A DNA stretch of 64,000 bases, from contig CAVOXA010000001.1 of NCBI GenBank assembly GCA_963700285.1, positions 1,696,001 to 1,760,000 on the forward strand. The letters run 5' to 3'. Positions 1 to 10,135 of the stretch are shown here, piece by piece; the first letter of the stretch is position 1; the number at the start of each line of letters is the position of its first letter. The position numbers were made by a program, and so were the translations under genes. Below the pieces are notes generated by a model. That model saw nothing but the letters and a program-made list of their open reading frames with translations. It had not been told where the DNA came from and made no database searches. This DNA comes from an uncultured Chloroflexia bacterium (GTDB lineage Bacteria; Chloroflexota; Anaerolineae; JAAYZQ01).

Positions 1-1572
1 GCCCTGACCCACCTCGGCGCTGCCAATATAGACCAGGGCCTCCTCGATCTCCGCGCCACCTCGCAGCTCAATCTTGGCCCAGCAGTTTTCCTGATAGCCA
101 AAGGAAAAGCCGACGTTCTTGAAGGCGGTGGCCAGGCCAATACCCCGCCGGCGGGTGGACGTAGCCGAAGGCAGGGTTGGCTTCTGCCACCCGTCTTCGG
201 TCTGCTGCCAGCCAGCAGCCAGGGCGCACCGCTCCGTCACCTCCGTGAGGCTTACGCCATCGGGCAGCGGCGTAGCCATCGCGGTGAGGCTGCCCTCGCC
301 CAGCAGATTCTTCAGTCGCAGCTCGACCGGGTCCATGCCCAGGGCCTGGGCCAGCTTGCTCATCTGGGCCTCGGCGGCAAAGCAGCCCTGGGGCGCGCCA
401 AAACCACGGAAGGCGCCGCCAGGCACGTTGTTGGTATAGACGGCGTCCACATCTACCTTGACGTTGGGGATTTCGTACGGGCCGGTGCAGGTCACGGTGG
501 TGTTGCCAGCAACCTTGTTGGTCGTATAGCAGTAGGCTCCGCCATCAGCCAGTACCTCGACCTCAGCGGCTACCAGTTGTCCCTCGCGGGTGGCTCCCCA
601 CTTGCAGTGGAACCACATGGGATGTCGCTTGCAGTGGCCGATGATGGACTCTTCCCGGCTCCAGACGATTCTGACCGGACGGCGGACGCCCATCTGGTCA
701 AGCCGCCAGGCAGCCAGTGCCACCACGATCTGGATCGACATGTCCTCCCGCCCGCCAAATGCTCCACCAATCGCCGGATAGATCACCCGAACCCGTTCCG
801 GTGGTAGAGCCAATGCGTGGGCTATCTGTTGCTGATCTTCCCGCGTCCACTGGCCACCCACAAACACCGTCACGATGCCCTCGCCGCCAACTTGCTCATT
901 GTGGTCGACGTAGGCCACTCCGGCCTCGGGCTGTAGGTAGGCGTGCTCCTGGGGTGAAGTATAGTACTCACCTTCGATTATCAGGTCGGCTGCGGCCCAG
1001 CCTGCAGCCATGTTTCCCTTGCGGATCTGGTGGTGTGAGATGAGGTTGCCCTCAGTAGCCAGCTCGGGGTGGATCTCATTGGGCTCTCTGTCCGGATGGA
1101 GTTGGGGCGCGTCGGGGTTCAGCGCCATGGACGGATCGGATAGAACTGGCAGATCCTGGTACTCGACGTGGATCAGGTCACGGGCGCGGATGGCGGCTCC
1201 TTCAGTCTCGGCCACGACCAAGGCTACCTGGTCGCCAACAAAGCGCACCACATCCGCACCGGGCACTGTGCTCCCGGGCCCACACAGGACCGGCTGGTCC
1301 ACCGTCTGCAGACCGTAGAGGTTCACCGGCACATCTTTGGCCGTTAGGATGGCGACCACGTCTGGGACAGCCTCCGCTTCCGTCGTGTCGATGGCGAGGA
1401 TACGGGCATGGGGCCGCCCGGCAAAGAGTATCTTGGCCTGGAGCATGTCCTCCATGACCAGGTCGGCCGGGTATGCCGCTTCCCCCGTAACTTTGGCACG
1501 AGCGTCCACGCGGCTGATCGACCGGCCTATGTTTCCGGCATACTGGTTGGCTTTCCGTTGGTCAATGGTCAT
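1..1572 (-). CDS. Xanthine dehydrogenase family molybdopterin-binding subunit (3' end runs off the window)
   Basis: Not in the ORF track (no stop in window). Manual translation from ATG 1572 (ATGA overlap with the upstream stop) gives MTIDQRKANQYAGNIGRSISRVDARAKVTGEAAY...QEHAYLQPE...IGGAFGGREDM...AFRGFGAPQG, typical XdhA/CoxL motifs. Confidence 0.93.
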   Translation of the reverse strand, partial: MTIDQRKANQYAGNIGRSISRVDARAKVTGEAAYPADLVMEDMLQAKILFAGRPHARILAIDTTEAEAVPDVVAILTAKDVPVNLYGLQTVDQPVLCGPGSTVPGADVVRFVGDQVALVVAETEGAAIRARDLIHVEYQDLPVLSDPSMALNPDAPQLHPDREPNEIHPELATEGNLISHHQIRKGNMAAGWAAADLIIEGEYYTSPQEHAYLQPEAGVAYVDHNEQVGGEGIVTVFVGGQWTREDQQQIAHALALPPERVRVIYPAIGGAFGGREDMSIQIVVALAAWRLDQMGVRRPVRIVWSREESIIGHCKRHPMWFHCKWGATREGQLVAAEVEVLADGGAYCYTTNKVAGNTTVTCTGPYEIPNVKVDVDAVYTNNVPGGAFRGFGAPQGCFAAEAQMSKLAQALGMDPVELRLKNLLGEGSLTAMATPLPDGVSLTEVTERCALAAGWQQTEDGWQKPTLPSATSTRRRGIGLATAFKNVGFSFGYQENCWAKIELRGGAEIEEALVYIGSAEVGQG

Positions 1573-3002
1573 GGATCAATCGCCTCCGCCGCCCTCTCGA
1601 TGGCCCGCACGATCTTGTAGTAGCCGGTGCAGCGGCACAGGTTGCCGTGCAACCCGGCGATGATTTGCTCCTGGGTGGGATGAGGGATCTCTTCCAGCAG
1701 GTTGGCGCCTGACATGACGAATCCAGGCGTGCAAAAGCCGCACTGGACTGCCCCCTCGTTAATGAATGCCTGTTGTACGGGGTGAAGCACCTCGCCCCGG
1801 GCCAGTCCCTCGACGGTCGTGATGTCCGCCCCGTGAGCGCGGGGGGCGGGTACCAGGCAGGCCAGCACGGCGATGCCATCCATCCAGATGGTGCACGCGC
1901 CACACTCGCCTTCGCCACAGCCCTCCTTGCTGCCGGTCAAGCCCAGATCCTCGCGCAGCATGTCCAGCAGCGTTTTGTCGACCGCACCCTGCACAGAAAC
2001 GCGTTTCCCGTTGACCGTGCAGACGATCGGTTCGGAACCGCCAACCTGGTGGGTGGCAGTCTGGCCAGCCCCGGCCTGGAAATGGCCGTCCCCTTTCCCC
2101 CATAGCAGGGGCGGGGTGCTGGGGTGATCCGAGCCTTCGGTACCCTCGCGGAGGGCGCCAAGGGCGCGGCGCACCAGCACCTGGACCATCTGCTGGCGGT
2201 AGCCGGCTCCACTGCGGATGTCGTCAATGGGAGCGGCGGCCTCCGCGGCCAAGCTAGCTGCCTGGGCGATGCCGTCCTCATGGAGCGCCGAGCCCACGAG
2301 CGATCGTTCCGCTGCCGGCGCTCGGATGATGGTCGGTGCCACGCTGCCCAGCGTGATCGATGCCGCGGCAACGATGTCGCCCTCAAAGGTCAGCACGACG
2401 GCGGCATTGACCACGGCGATGGCGTGCGAGCGCCGGAGGCCCAGTTTCACAAAGACGCCGCGCTGATTGCCCTTCAGGGCCGGGAAAGAGATGTCTGTCA
2501 CCAACTCATCCTCAGCCAGAGCCGTCTGCCTCACGCCACGATAAAAGTCGGGGAGGGACAGGGTGCGATTCCCCCGGCTGCTGCTCAGGGTCAGGCAGGC
2601 GCCCAGCGCCCACAGCGTGGTGATCGTATCGTTGGCGGGGGAGGCGGTGACCAGATTGCCGGCGATCGTACCTCGGTTTCGAAGCTGGGGGGTCCCGACC
2701 TGCCAGCACGTCTGCACCAGCGGAAATGCCTGCTTGGTTAGCAGGTCCGAGGCCACTGCCTGGTTGTGCGTGACCAGCGGCCCGATGTGGATGACGCCTC
2801 CACCATCCATCGTGATCTGGTGTACGCCTGAGGGTTCTGATACGCGGGTCACGTCGAGCAGTACGGCGGCCGGCCGTATGCCGCGCCGCAGTTCCACCAT
2901 CAGATCGGTTCCACCAGCGATCAGGCGGGCTTCCGGGCCGTGCTCGGCCAGGAGGCGCAGAGTTTCGTCAACGGAGGGCGGTGTGCAATAAGTCTGCCAC
3001 AT
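1569..3002 (-). CDS. Fused xanthine-dehydrogenase-family FAD-binding subunit + 2x[2Fe-2S] subunit
   Basis: N-terminal AGGTDL and QLRNRGTIAGN...ASPAND (FAD domain); C-terminal GCGEGECGAC and QCGFCTPG...GNLCRCTGY. Start 3002 follows an AGGAGG RBS. Confidence 0.93.
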   Translation of the reverse strand: MWQTYCTPPSVDETLRLLAEHGPEARLIAGGTDLMVELRRGIRPAAVLLDVTRVSEPSGVHQITMDGGGVIHIGPLVTHNQAVASDLLTKQAFPLVQTCWQVGTPQLRNRGTIAGNLVTASPANDTITTLWALGACLTLSSSRGNRTLSLPDFYRGVRQTALAEDELVTDISFPALKGNQRGVFVKLGLRRSHAIAVVNAAVVLTFEGDIVAAASITLGSVAPTIIRAPAAERSLVGSALHEDGIAQAASLAAEAAAPIDDIRSGAGYRQQMVQVLVRRALGALREGTEGSDHPSTPPLLWGKGDGHFQAGAGQTATHQVGGSEPIVCTVNGKRVSVQGAVDKTLLDMLREDLGLTGSKEGCGEGECGACTIWMDGIAVLACLVPAPRAHGADITTVEGLARGEVLHPVQQAFINEGAVQCGFCTPGFVMSGANLLEEIPHPTQEQIIAGLHGNLCRCTGYYKIVRAIERAAEAIDP

Positions 3003-3131
3003 GTCAGAGTCCTCCTGGGGACACGCGAGTACGCTGCGCAGTCTGGGTCTGGGTTCACTACCCCCAGCGTCCCAACTCAACTCGTTGGCTGGGACTGCTC
3101 GCTCACAGTCCGGGCAGTCCCAGCCACAGGC

Positions 3132-4082
3132 TCAAGCTTCAATCCATGTTCCACTTTCGCCATCCAGCGCCCGGGCGATGTTCGGCGGATCAGTGATGAG
3201 CGCCTTGCCGGCCGGATGGGCGTCCAGGAAGGACAGGACCGATTCGATCTTGGGGCCCATACTGCCCGGCTTAAAGTGCCCTTCGGCCTGGTAGGCGCGG
3301 GCTTGGTCTGCCGTCATCCGGCCCAGCCATTGCTGGTTCGGCTCGTTAAAGTTGATGGCTACCTGCGCGACCGCCGTGGAGATCAAGAACAGGTCTACCC
3401 CGAGTTCTTTGGCCAGCAGACTGGTGGCCCGGTCTTTGTCGATCACGGCTCGTGTTCCCACTAGATAGCCGTCCTCGTCTTCGATGACAGGGATCCCACC
3501 ACCGCCCACGGCGATGACGATAAATCCCTGCTCTACCAGGGCTCGGATGGCGTCCAGTTCAACGATTCGCAGTGGAATGGGCGATGCGATGACGCGACGC
3601 CAGCCGCGGCCAGCGTCCTCGATGACCTGCCAGCCATCCTCCTCAAACGCACGGGCTTTCTCTTCGGTCGTGAAACCGCCAATGCCTTTCGTCGGGTTCT
3701 GGAACCCTGGGTCATCTCGGTCCACCAGGACTTGGGTCACAACCGCGGCGATAGGCTGGTGGATCCCCCTCCGGCTGAACTCGTTCTCCAGGGCCTGGGC
3801 GATCATGTAGCCAATAGATCCCTGCGTGTCGGCCCCGATGAGGTCTAACGGTGTCGTGTGCACCTCGTGCTCGGCCAGCTCATTGCGGCGCAGGATAAAA
3901 CCGACCTGAGGCCCGTTCCCGTGGGTGATCACCAGGTTCCAGCCGCGCTCGATCATGTCGGCGATGTGTTTGCAGGTTTCCTGGACCGCGCCCCACTGAG
4001 AGGCCACGTCTTCGTGTTGTTTGTCAAGGATCAGTGAATTGCCGCCGATGGCGATGACGGCGGTTTTTCGCTTTTCGCTCAT
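3132..4082 (-). CDS. arcC: Carbamate kinase
   Basis: VIAIGGNSL, THGNGPQVG, GGGGIPV, AVIDKD, GSMGPKI motifs; AGGAGG RBS before ATG 4082. Confidence 0.96.
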   Translation of the reverse strand: MSEKRKTAVIAIGGNSLILDKQHEDVASQWGAVQETCKHIADMIERGWNLVITHGNGPQVGFILRRNELAEHEVHTTPLDLIGADTQGSIGYMIAQALENEFSRRGIHQPIAAVVTQVLVDRDDPGFQNPTKGIGGFTTEEKARAFEEDGWQVIEDAGRGWRRVIASPIPLRIVELDAIRALVEQGFIVIAVGGGGIPVIEDEDGYLVGTRAVIDKDRATSLLAKELGVDLFLISTAVAQVAINFNEPNQQWLGRMTADQARAYQAEGHFKPGSMGPKIESVLSFLDAHPAGKALITDPPNIARALDGESGTWIEA

Positions 4083-4109
4083 GGATTCCTCCTTCGGTTT
4101 GGGAACCGA

Positions 4110-4166
4110 TGATAGGGCAACCGTGATTCGGGAAGCGCGACTTGCATCCACTTCCCGAACCTACGG
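4110..4166. repeat. Intergenic GTAG-type (REP-like) palindrome
   Basis: Minus strand reads GTAGGTTCGGGAAG...CTTCCCGAA, an inverted repeat. Confidence 0.4.
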
Positions 4167-4178
4167 TTCCCAGGCCTG

Positions 4179-5216
4179 CTACAGGTTCCCCATTGTCAAG
4201 GCCATTACCGCTTTCTGGACATGCAGGCGATTCTCGGCAATGTCATAGATGGCGCTGCGCGGACCGCTGGCCACCTCGTCTGTGACTTCAGTACCCCGGT
4301 CGACCGGCATGGGGTGACTGTAGATAGCATTGTCGGTGCGCGCCATGCGCTCGCTGTTCGCGGTCCAGCCTGGGATGGTGAGGGCCTTCTGAATCTCGGC
4401 CTGCTTCTGAAGCACGCCATCCTGGTATGCCTCGGCTGTTACCCAGTTGCGACTGTAGACGATGTGCGCGCCGTCGTAGCCGCTCTCAGGATCGTTGACG
4501 ACATTGAAACTGGCCCCTGTTTCGGCGCAGTTTGCCTTGGTCCATTCGTACACTTCCGGGTCCAGGTCATAGCCGTCTGGCCGGGCCACCGTGACGTTCA
4601 TTCCAAAGCGGGACGCCACGAGGAGCGCTTCCTGCACGCTGCACCACGATCGGGCCAGAGCGCCGGAGCCCCAGGTGAGCAAAAAGTTCTTGCCCTTGAG
4701 GTTCTCATAGTCCGGCCGGCCAGGTCCTTCGCCATACCATTCGGCCCAGCCCATCACGTCGGCCATGCCCTGGCAGGGATGATACTTGTCGTCGGCCATG
4801 TTGACGATGGGCACATCCGCCCACTGCGCGTACTCGCGCAGCATCTCGTTGCCGGCGCCATAGTAGGGGACCTTGTCCTCCAGAATGCGGATGCCAATCC
4901 CACAAACGTAGCGCGCCATGACCTGGGCCGCGTCTTCGATCGTCTCGCCCGCCTGTTTCTCGGTCTTGAAGCGGCCCGCTGAAGGTGTCATGAACTGAGC
5001 GTGCCCACCCAACTCGGTGGCCGCTGCCTCGAAGGACATCCGGGTGCGCACCGAGGGGTTGTAGAAGAACATCATGAAGGTCTTGTACGCCAGCGTGCTT
5101 GTCCAGCGCGGCGAGTAGCGATCGCGCTTCATCTTGGCCGCCAGGTCAAGCAGCGCCTGCAACTCTTTGAGCGACCATTCTTGAGATACGATAAAGTCCT
5201 TGCCGTATAGGTCCAT
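4179..5216 (-). CDS. Aspartate/ornithine carbamoyltransferase-family protein (divergent; SVRT and HPMP motifs)
   Basis: PSVRTRMSFE carbamoyl-phosphate motif, HPCQ, HPMP, AENRLHVQKA; GGAGG RBS before ATG 5216. Confidence 0.9.
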   Translation of the reverse strand: MDLYGKDFIVSQEWSLKELQALLDLAAKMKRDRYSPRWTSTLAYKTFMMFFYNPSVRTRMSFEAAATELGGHAQFMTPSAGRFKTEKQAGETIEDAAQVMARYVCGIGIRILEDKVPYYGAGNEMLREYAQWADVPIVNMADDKYHPCQGMADVMGWAEWYGEGPGRPDYENLKGKNFLLTWGSGALARSWCSVQEALLVASRFGMNVTVARPDGYDLDPEVYEWTKANCAETGASFNVVNDPESGYDGAHIVYSRNWVTAEAYQDGVLQKQAEIQKALTIPGWTANSERMARTDNAIYSHPMPVDRGTEVTDEVASGPRSAIYDIAENRLHVQKAVMALTMGNL

Positions 5217-5268
5217 CTTTAGCCTCCGTTCATCGGAGATTCGGGATCCGATTCTCCGAACCCCCACT

Positions 5269-6330
5269 CTACATCGTCAACGCCATGACCGCCTTCTGTA
5301 CGTGCAGGCGGTTCTCCGCCTCGTCATAGATTGCCGAGGACCACCCGCTCGGGGGATCGGTGTTGTCCATGACCTCGTTGGTCACTTCCCAAGCACGGTC
5401 TGCCGGCAAGCAGTGCATATAGATGGCATTCTTGTCGCCCAGCTCCATGTACTCACGCGTGGCTTTCCAGTCTTTGTACTTGTCAAAGGCCTGCTGGGCC
5501 ATTTCCAGGCTGTCCTCACCGACCGGCGGTTTGTAAATCGGAGTCGCCGCCCAGGCTTTTGGATACAGGACGTGCGCGCCTTCTGCCGCACCCATAAAGT
5601 CGTGGGTGATCTCAAAGCTGCTGCCGTTCATCTCGGCGTTGGCCTGGCAGGCGGCAATGATCTGGGGATCCAGGGCCATCTCCGGCGGGTGAGCCAGCAC
5701 GGTGTCGCAGCCCATCATCGTGGCGGCGATAATCGCACTCTGCGGTACTGCCCGCGGCTTGTGGGCGCTGGGGGAGTAGGCCCAGCTCATGACGAACTTG
5801 ATGTCCTGGAACGTCCCGAATTTTTCCTTGACCGTCAGCACGTCGGCCAGGGCCTGGAAAGGATGGTACATGTCGTCTTCCATGTTCAAGATGGGAATAT
5901 CTGACCACTTGGCAAATTCGTGCAGTAATGCATTGGCCCCGCCATACTCCCAGTCCACCGGATCGCCGTAGCAGCGGATCGCGATGGCCTCGCCCATGCG
6001 GGACAATACCCGGGCAACGTCGCTCACCCGCTCGGTGCTGTAGGCCACTTCTTTGCCTTCCAGCGCCGGGGTATAGATCTTGCTCGGATCCAGAAAGTGG
6101 GCGTGGCCGCCCATCTGGTGCATGCCCGCTTCAAAGCTGTTGCGGGTACGCAAGCTCTGATTGTAAAAGATCATGAACAGCGTCTTGGCCCGCAGCAGGT
6201 CGTCGTGCAGCCGGCCAATGGCCCGATCCCGTTTGAGGTCCAGGGCCAGATCCAGGATCTGTCCCACCTCCTCCTTTGACCAGTCCAGTAGTGTGATAAA
6301 GTCACGTCCGCGAAAAGTGTCTGTCCTCAT
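5269..6330 (-). CDS. Carbamoyltransferase, YgeW/AOTCase-like (knotted) subfamily
   Basis: SLRTRNSFE, HPFQ, SWAYSPSAHKPRAVPQS loop (resembles YgeW), HCLP, AENRLHVQKA. Confidence 0.9.
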   Translation of the reverse strand: MRTDTFRGRDFITLLDWSKEEVGQILDLALDLKRDRAIGRLHDDLLRAKTLFMIFYNQSLRTRNSFEAGMHQMGGHAHFLDPSKIYTPALEGKEVAYSTERVSDVARVLSRMGEAIAIRCYGDPVDWEYGGANALLHEFAKWSDIPILNMEDDMYHPFQALADVLTVKEKFGTFQDIKFVMSWAYSPSAHKPRAVPQSAIIAATMMGCDTVLAHPPEMALDPQIIAACQANAEMNGSSFEITHDFMGAAEGAHVLYPKAWAATPIYKPPVGEDSLEMAQQAFDKYKDWKATREYMELGDKNAIYMHCLPADRAWEVTNEVMDNTDPPSGWSSAIYDEAENRLHVQKAVMALTM

Positions 6331-6418
6331 TTTGATTCTCCTTGTCTGATTTGTAAAGAGACCTGGTATTCTGAGGATTGGGCAACTCGGCTACGCCCAA
6401 TCCCCAGTCTCCAGTTCT

Positions 6419-7885
6419 CTATTTTCCTAGCCCTGTCATCTCGTTGAACTGCTCAATGAGCGCGTCGATCTCGTCGATCTGGCCGTGGATGTCGCTCCAG
6501 TAGTTGCGGTCGTACCATTGGGCCTGGATCTCTTCGTAGGTTTTGCCCTGCTGTTCCACCCAGGTAAAGTACTTTAGATTGTGGATCCGCTTCTGGTCCC
6601 AGTGGCCCAACTCCTCCACATAGTCCATCGTGCAGCCCAACAGGTAGCGGTGATAGTCAGCGGCGGCATCCACTTTGGTATACTCGCCATGTTCCTCGTG
6701 CAATTCGTGAAGCCTGCTCTGATACAGCTCCATTGAATCGGTCCACACGGTTAGGACTATGTCCTCCTCACCCAGTTCGTACCACTTGGCAAACTTGATG
6801 GAGGACAGCACGTTGGCGATACTCGAAATACCCATCAGATCCAATTGGCCCACCAACTCCTCCGGGACCCCCTGCTTCACCAGGTAGGCACGCCCTGCAG
6901 GTTCGTTGAACAGCCGTACCAGGCACATGCAAGCCTCGTCGTCGATGGACATCACCATGTCGGTGTTTCTCATGTTGTGGATCCAGGGAACGTGTTTGTC
7001 ACCGATACCCTCGATGCGGTGCCCGCCATAGCCATTGAGAATCAGGGTGGGGCACTGCAGGGCTTCGCTGCCGGCGACCTTGCTGGCGGGAAAGATCTCC
7101 TTCATATAGTCGCCGCAGCCAATCGTGCCCGCCGAGCCTGTGGTCAGGACCACGCCCCGGTAGACGTCGTTCGGCCCCATTTCCTGCTCGAGGACCTCTT
7201 CCATCGCGTGGCCAGTGACGTCATAGTGCCACAGGTGGTTGCCGAACTCATCGAACTGGTTAAAGATGACAATATCGTCACCCCGCTCTCGGGTGAGTTC
7301 CCAGCACTTGTCAAAGATCTCTTTGACGTTGCTCTCGCAGCCAGGTGTGGCGATGACTTCGCCGGCGATGTTTGACAGCCACTCGAAGCGCTCGCGGCTC
7401 ATCTCCTCGGGGAGGATAGCGATCGACTCGCAGGCTAGCAGGGCCGAGTCGTAGGCGCCGCCCCGGCAATAGTTGCCCGTGGACGGCCAAACGGCCTTCT
7501 GTGAGGTAGGGTCAAATTGGCCTGTGACCAGGCGTGGCACCAGGCAGCCAAAGGTCGCACCGACCTTGTGCGCACCGGTCGGGAACCACTTGCCCACCAG
7601 CGAGATGATGCGAGCCGGCACACCCGTCAGCGAGGATGGCAATTCGACATAATTCACTCCGCCAAAGCCACCACCGCGAGCCGTGGGTTCATTCTTCCAG
7701 GTGATGCGGGAAAGGTTGAGCGAGTTCACGTCCCACAGGCCGACATCTTTCAGCCCCTCTTTGATGCTGTCCGGGAGCAGGGATGGATCCTTCATCTGTG
7801 CAAAGGTGGGGACATAGATGTCGCGCTCCCGCGCTCTCTGAACGGTTCTTTCCAGTTGTTCTTTGTGAATGGTCAAATCTATCAT
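6419..7885 (-). CDS. PLP-dependent enzyme, fold type II (cysteine synthase/dehydratase-like)
   Basis: FPTGAHKVG (PLP lysine), PSTGNY, TGSAGT phosphate loop, HRIEGIG. Confidence 0.85.
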   Translation of the reverse strand: MIDLTIHKEQLERTVQRARERDIYVPTFAQMKDPSLLPDSIKEGLKDVGLWDVNSLNLSRITWKNEPTARGGGFGGVNYVELPSSLTGVPARIISLVGKWFPTGAHKVGATFGCLVPRLVTGQFDPTSQKAVWPSTGNYCRGGAYDSALLACESIAILPEEMSRERFEWLSNIAGEVIATPGCESNVKEIFDKCWELTRERGDDIVIFNQFDEFGNHLWHYDVTGHAMEEVLEQEMGPNDVYRGVVLTTGSAGTIGCGDYMKEIFPASKVAGSEALQCPTLILNGYGGHRIEGIGDKHVPWIHNMRNTDMVMSIDDEACMCLVRLFNEPAGRAYLVKQGVPEELVGQLDLMGISSIANVLSSIKFAKWYELGEEDIVLTVWTDSMELYQSRLHELHEEHGEYTKVDAAADYHRYLLGCTMDYVEELGHWDQKRIHNLKYFTWVEQQGKTYEEIQAQWYDRNYWSDIHGQIDEIDALIEQFNEMTGLGK

Positions 7886-7910
7886 CGTCTGACTCTCCTA
7901 TAAAGTGTTG

Positions 7911-9209
7911 CTACGCGAACCTTGGGTTGTTCATTTCGTCCAACGCGCGCCGCACGTCATCCAGGTCCGGTGTGACGACGGCGGGGCGACCTACAGATTT
8001 CATGGCGGTGGCAATGTCTTTCAGGCCCGAACCTGTGGCCAGTACGACCACTCGCTCATCGACGGCGACCAGTCCGGCATCGACCGCCCTGACCAATCCA
8101 GCGTAGGCGGCCGCGGCGGCTGGCTCGGCAAAGACGCCGCAGCCCTGGGCCAGCTCGGGGATGGCGCTGACGATCTCTTGGTCGCTCACCCGGATAAAGG
8201 CGCCGCCGCTTTCGTTGGCAGCGCGCAATGCCTTGATGCGATCGCGAGGGAGACCGGCTACGATGCTATCCGCCACGGAATGGGCTTCCACGGGCTCCAT
8301 CTCCCAGCCCGCCAGCCCTCGTTCCCAGGCATCCACCAGGGGTGAGGAACCCTCGGCCTGCACACCGATGATCCTGGGCATGCGGTCGATCTTGCCCAGT
8401 GCCATGAGATCCCTGAAGCCCTTGTGTACGCCACCGATGATACAGCCATCACCTACCGGCACCATCACAACATCCGGCGCTTCCCACGCCCCCTGATCTC
8501 CATCAGCCAACTGCTCGCAGATCTCGTACGAAACTGTCTTCTTCCCCTCGCTCATGTAGGGGTTGTAGCCTGTATTCCGATTGTACCAGCCAAACTCTGG
8601 CGCGGCCTGCAAGCACAGTTCAAAGGCATCGTCATAGGTGCCGTCTACCAGGAGGACGGTGGCACCATAGACCAATAGTTGGGCGATCTTGGCCTCGGGA
8701 GCGGTACGGGGTACAAAAATGACGTTGGCCTGCGCGACCGCGGCACACAGCCCCGAGAGGGCGGCCGCTGCATTGCCGGTACTGGCGGTGGTTACGATCT
8801 GGTAGCCCAGTTCGCGGGTCTTGACGACGGCGATGGCCGAGGCTCGGTCTTTGAAGGAGGCCGTGGGCTGTCGCCCGTCGTCCTTTACCCACAGGTGATG
8901 CAGGCCCAGTTGGGCTGCCAGGCGTGGTGCGGGATACAGGGGCGTCCAACCGACGCTGCCCAACACAGTGCCCTCGATCAACGGCCGCGCTGCTTCAGGC
9001 TCTACTGGCAGCAACGGCAGGTAGCGCCAGATGGAGCGTGGGGCATGGCTACCGGTCCTGCCCGAAGCAAGGCGCTGCCCGACGAGTTCATAATCATAGA
9101 CAACGTCGAGTATGCCGTCATCTCCATGTTTGGGGCAGACGTACTCGGTTTCGCCGGCTCCGTATTCTGCGCCACAGATGGTGCATTTGAGACCTATAAC
9201 GTGATCCAT
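7911..9209 (-). CDS. thrC: Threonine synthase-family PLP enzyme
   Basis: N-terminal CxxC Zn ribbon, PTASFKDR, ASTGNAA, EGKKT, PVGDG, EPAAA. The catabolic context may mean a different substrate. Confidence 0.85.
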   Translation of the reverse strand: MDHVIGLKCTICGAEYGAGETEYVCPKHGDDGILDVVYDYELVGQRLASGRTGSHAPRSIWRYLPLLPVEPEAARPLIEGTVLGSVGWTPLYPAPRLAAQLGLHHLWVKDDGRQPTASFKDRASAIAVVKTRELGYQIVTTASTGNAAAALSGLCAAVAQANVIFVPRTAPEAKIAQLLVYGATVLLVDGTYDDAFELCLQAAPEFGWYNRNTGYNPYMSEGKKTVSYEICEQLADGDQGAWEAPDVVMVPVGDGCIIGGVHKGFRDLMALGKIDRMPRIIGVQAEGSSPLVDAWERGLAGWEMEPVEAHSVADSIVAGLPRDRIKALRAANESGGAFIRVSDQEIVSAIPELAQGCGVFAEPAAAAAYAGLVRAVDAGLVAVDERVVVLATGSGLKDIATAMKSVGRPAVVTPDLDDVRRALDEMNNPRFA

Positions 9210-9285
9210 CGTGAGTCCTTACCCGCCTTTTTGTCCAAATTGGATGGCCTGTGTCTCCATGCCAGGGATCTGCCTCTGTCAGCGC

Positions 9286-10035
9286 TCATCGGCGCACAAC
9301 GTGGAACCGGAAGAACTTGGGGACAAAGTAGTTGCGCGAGCAATCCAGGGCACTGCCGTCGGTGTCAAAGACCACTTCCTCCATCATCAGCACGGCCTGT
9401 CCTGGCTCAATGGCCAGCTTTGAGGCGAGCCGGGCGTCGGCGCTGATGGCCACGATATCCGCCACGGCCTGGTCTACCTGCACGCCCTGGTCCTGCCTCA
9501 GAAGATCGATCACGGAGCCGGTAAAGGTTGCATCGACTGCTTCCACGGACAGGATTGAGGCCAGCACCAGATCGACCATGTAGGCAACTGGCCTCCCCTC
9601 GGCCACGATAACGCGCTCGACACTGGTGAGGGCAGTGCCGGTGGGAACCTGCAGCTTTTCGCACAACTCGGGGTCAGATGTCACCTCCCCAAGCTGCAGA
9701 TCATCGTACCCGAGCTGCAGCCCTTGCCGTCCGGCCAGCTCCAGGATGCTCTCCAGGCGCTCCAGGCCGCCTTCGAGCCGGCCCCCTCGGCCATTTGCGA
9801 CAAAGGTGCCCACACCATGGCGCCGGACGACCATGCCTTCCTGTTCAAGATTCTGCAAAGCTTCCCGCAGGGTGGGGCGGGAAATGCCCAGCTGCCCGGC
9901 CAGGTCGGTCTCCGAGGGCAGTTGCTCACCTGGCTGGTATGTCCCGCCCTCAATCAGACTCAGCAGGTACTGCTGCGCCTGTGTGGCGAGAGAAACGCGA
10001 TTAAGTATGAGCGGCTGGACTGTATCGTCAGTCAT
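9286..10035 (-). CDS. GntR-family (HutC/UTRA) transcriptional regulator
   Basis: LPSETDLAGQLGISRPTLREAL...RHGVGTFV wHTH followed by a UTRA-like domain; first gene of the operon. Confidence 0.92.
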   Translation of the reverse strand: MTDDTVQPLILNRVSLATQAQQYLLSLIEGGTYQPGEQLPSETDLAGQLGISRPTLREALQNLEQEGMVVRRHGVGTFVANGRGGRLEGGLERLESILELAGRQGLQLGYDDLQLGEVTSDPELCEKLQVPTGTALTSVERVIVAEGRPVAYMVDLVLASILSVEAVDATFTGSVIDLLRQDQGVQVDQAVADIVAISADARLASKLAIEPGQAVLMMEEVVFDTDGSALDCSRNYFVPKFFRFHVVRR

Positions 10036-10053
10036 CTGACGTCTGACCTCTGA
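10031..10053 (-). promoter_or_regulatory. Putative GntR operator: three 7-bp direct repeats TCAGA(G/C/T)G overlapping the start codon
   Basis: Minus strand TCAGAGG-TCAGACG-TCAGATG between the promoter and ATG; a related CCAGACC lies in the promoter spacer. Confidence 0.45.
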
Positions 10054-10064
10054 GATATGACAGC

Positions 10065-10093
10065 AGTATATCATGGTTAGGTCTGGCTGTCAA
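10065..10093 (-). promoter_or_regulatory. Sigma70-type promoter for the gntR/purine operon
   Basis: TTGACA (10093-10088), 17-bp spacer, TG-extended TATACT (10070-10065). Confidence 0.8.
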
Positions 10094-10135
10094 GGAGGAA
10101 GTGCTCCATTGCAGGTTGCCAACCGGTCCTTCAGA

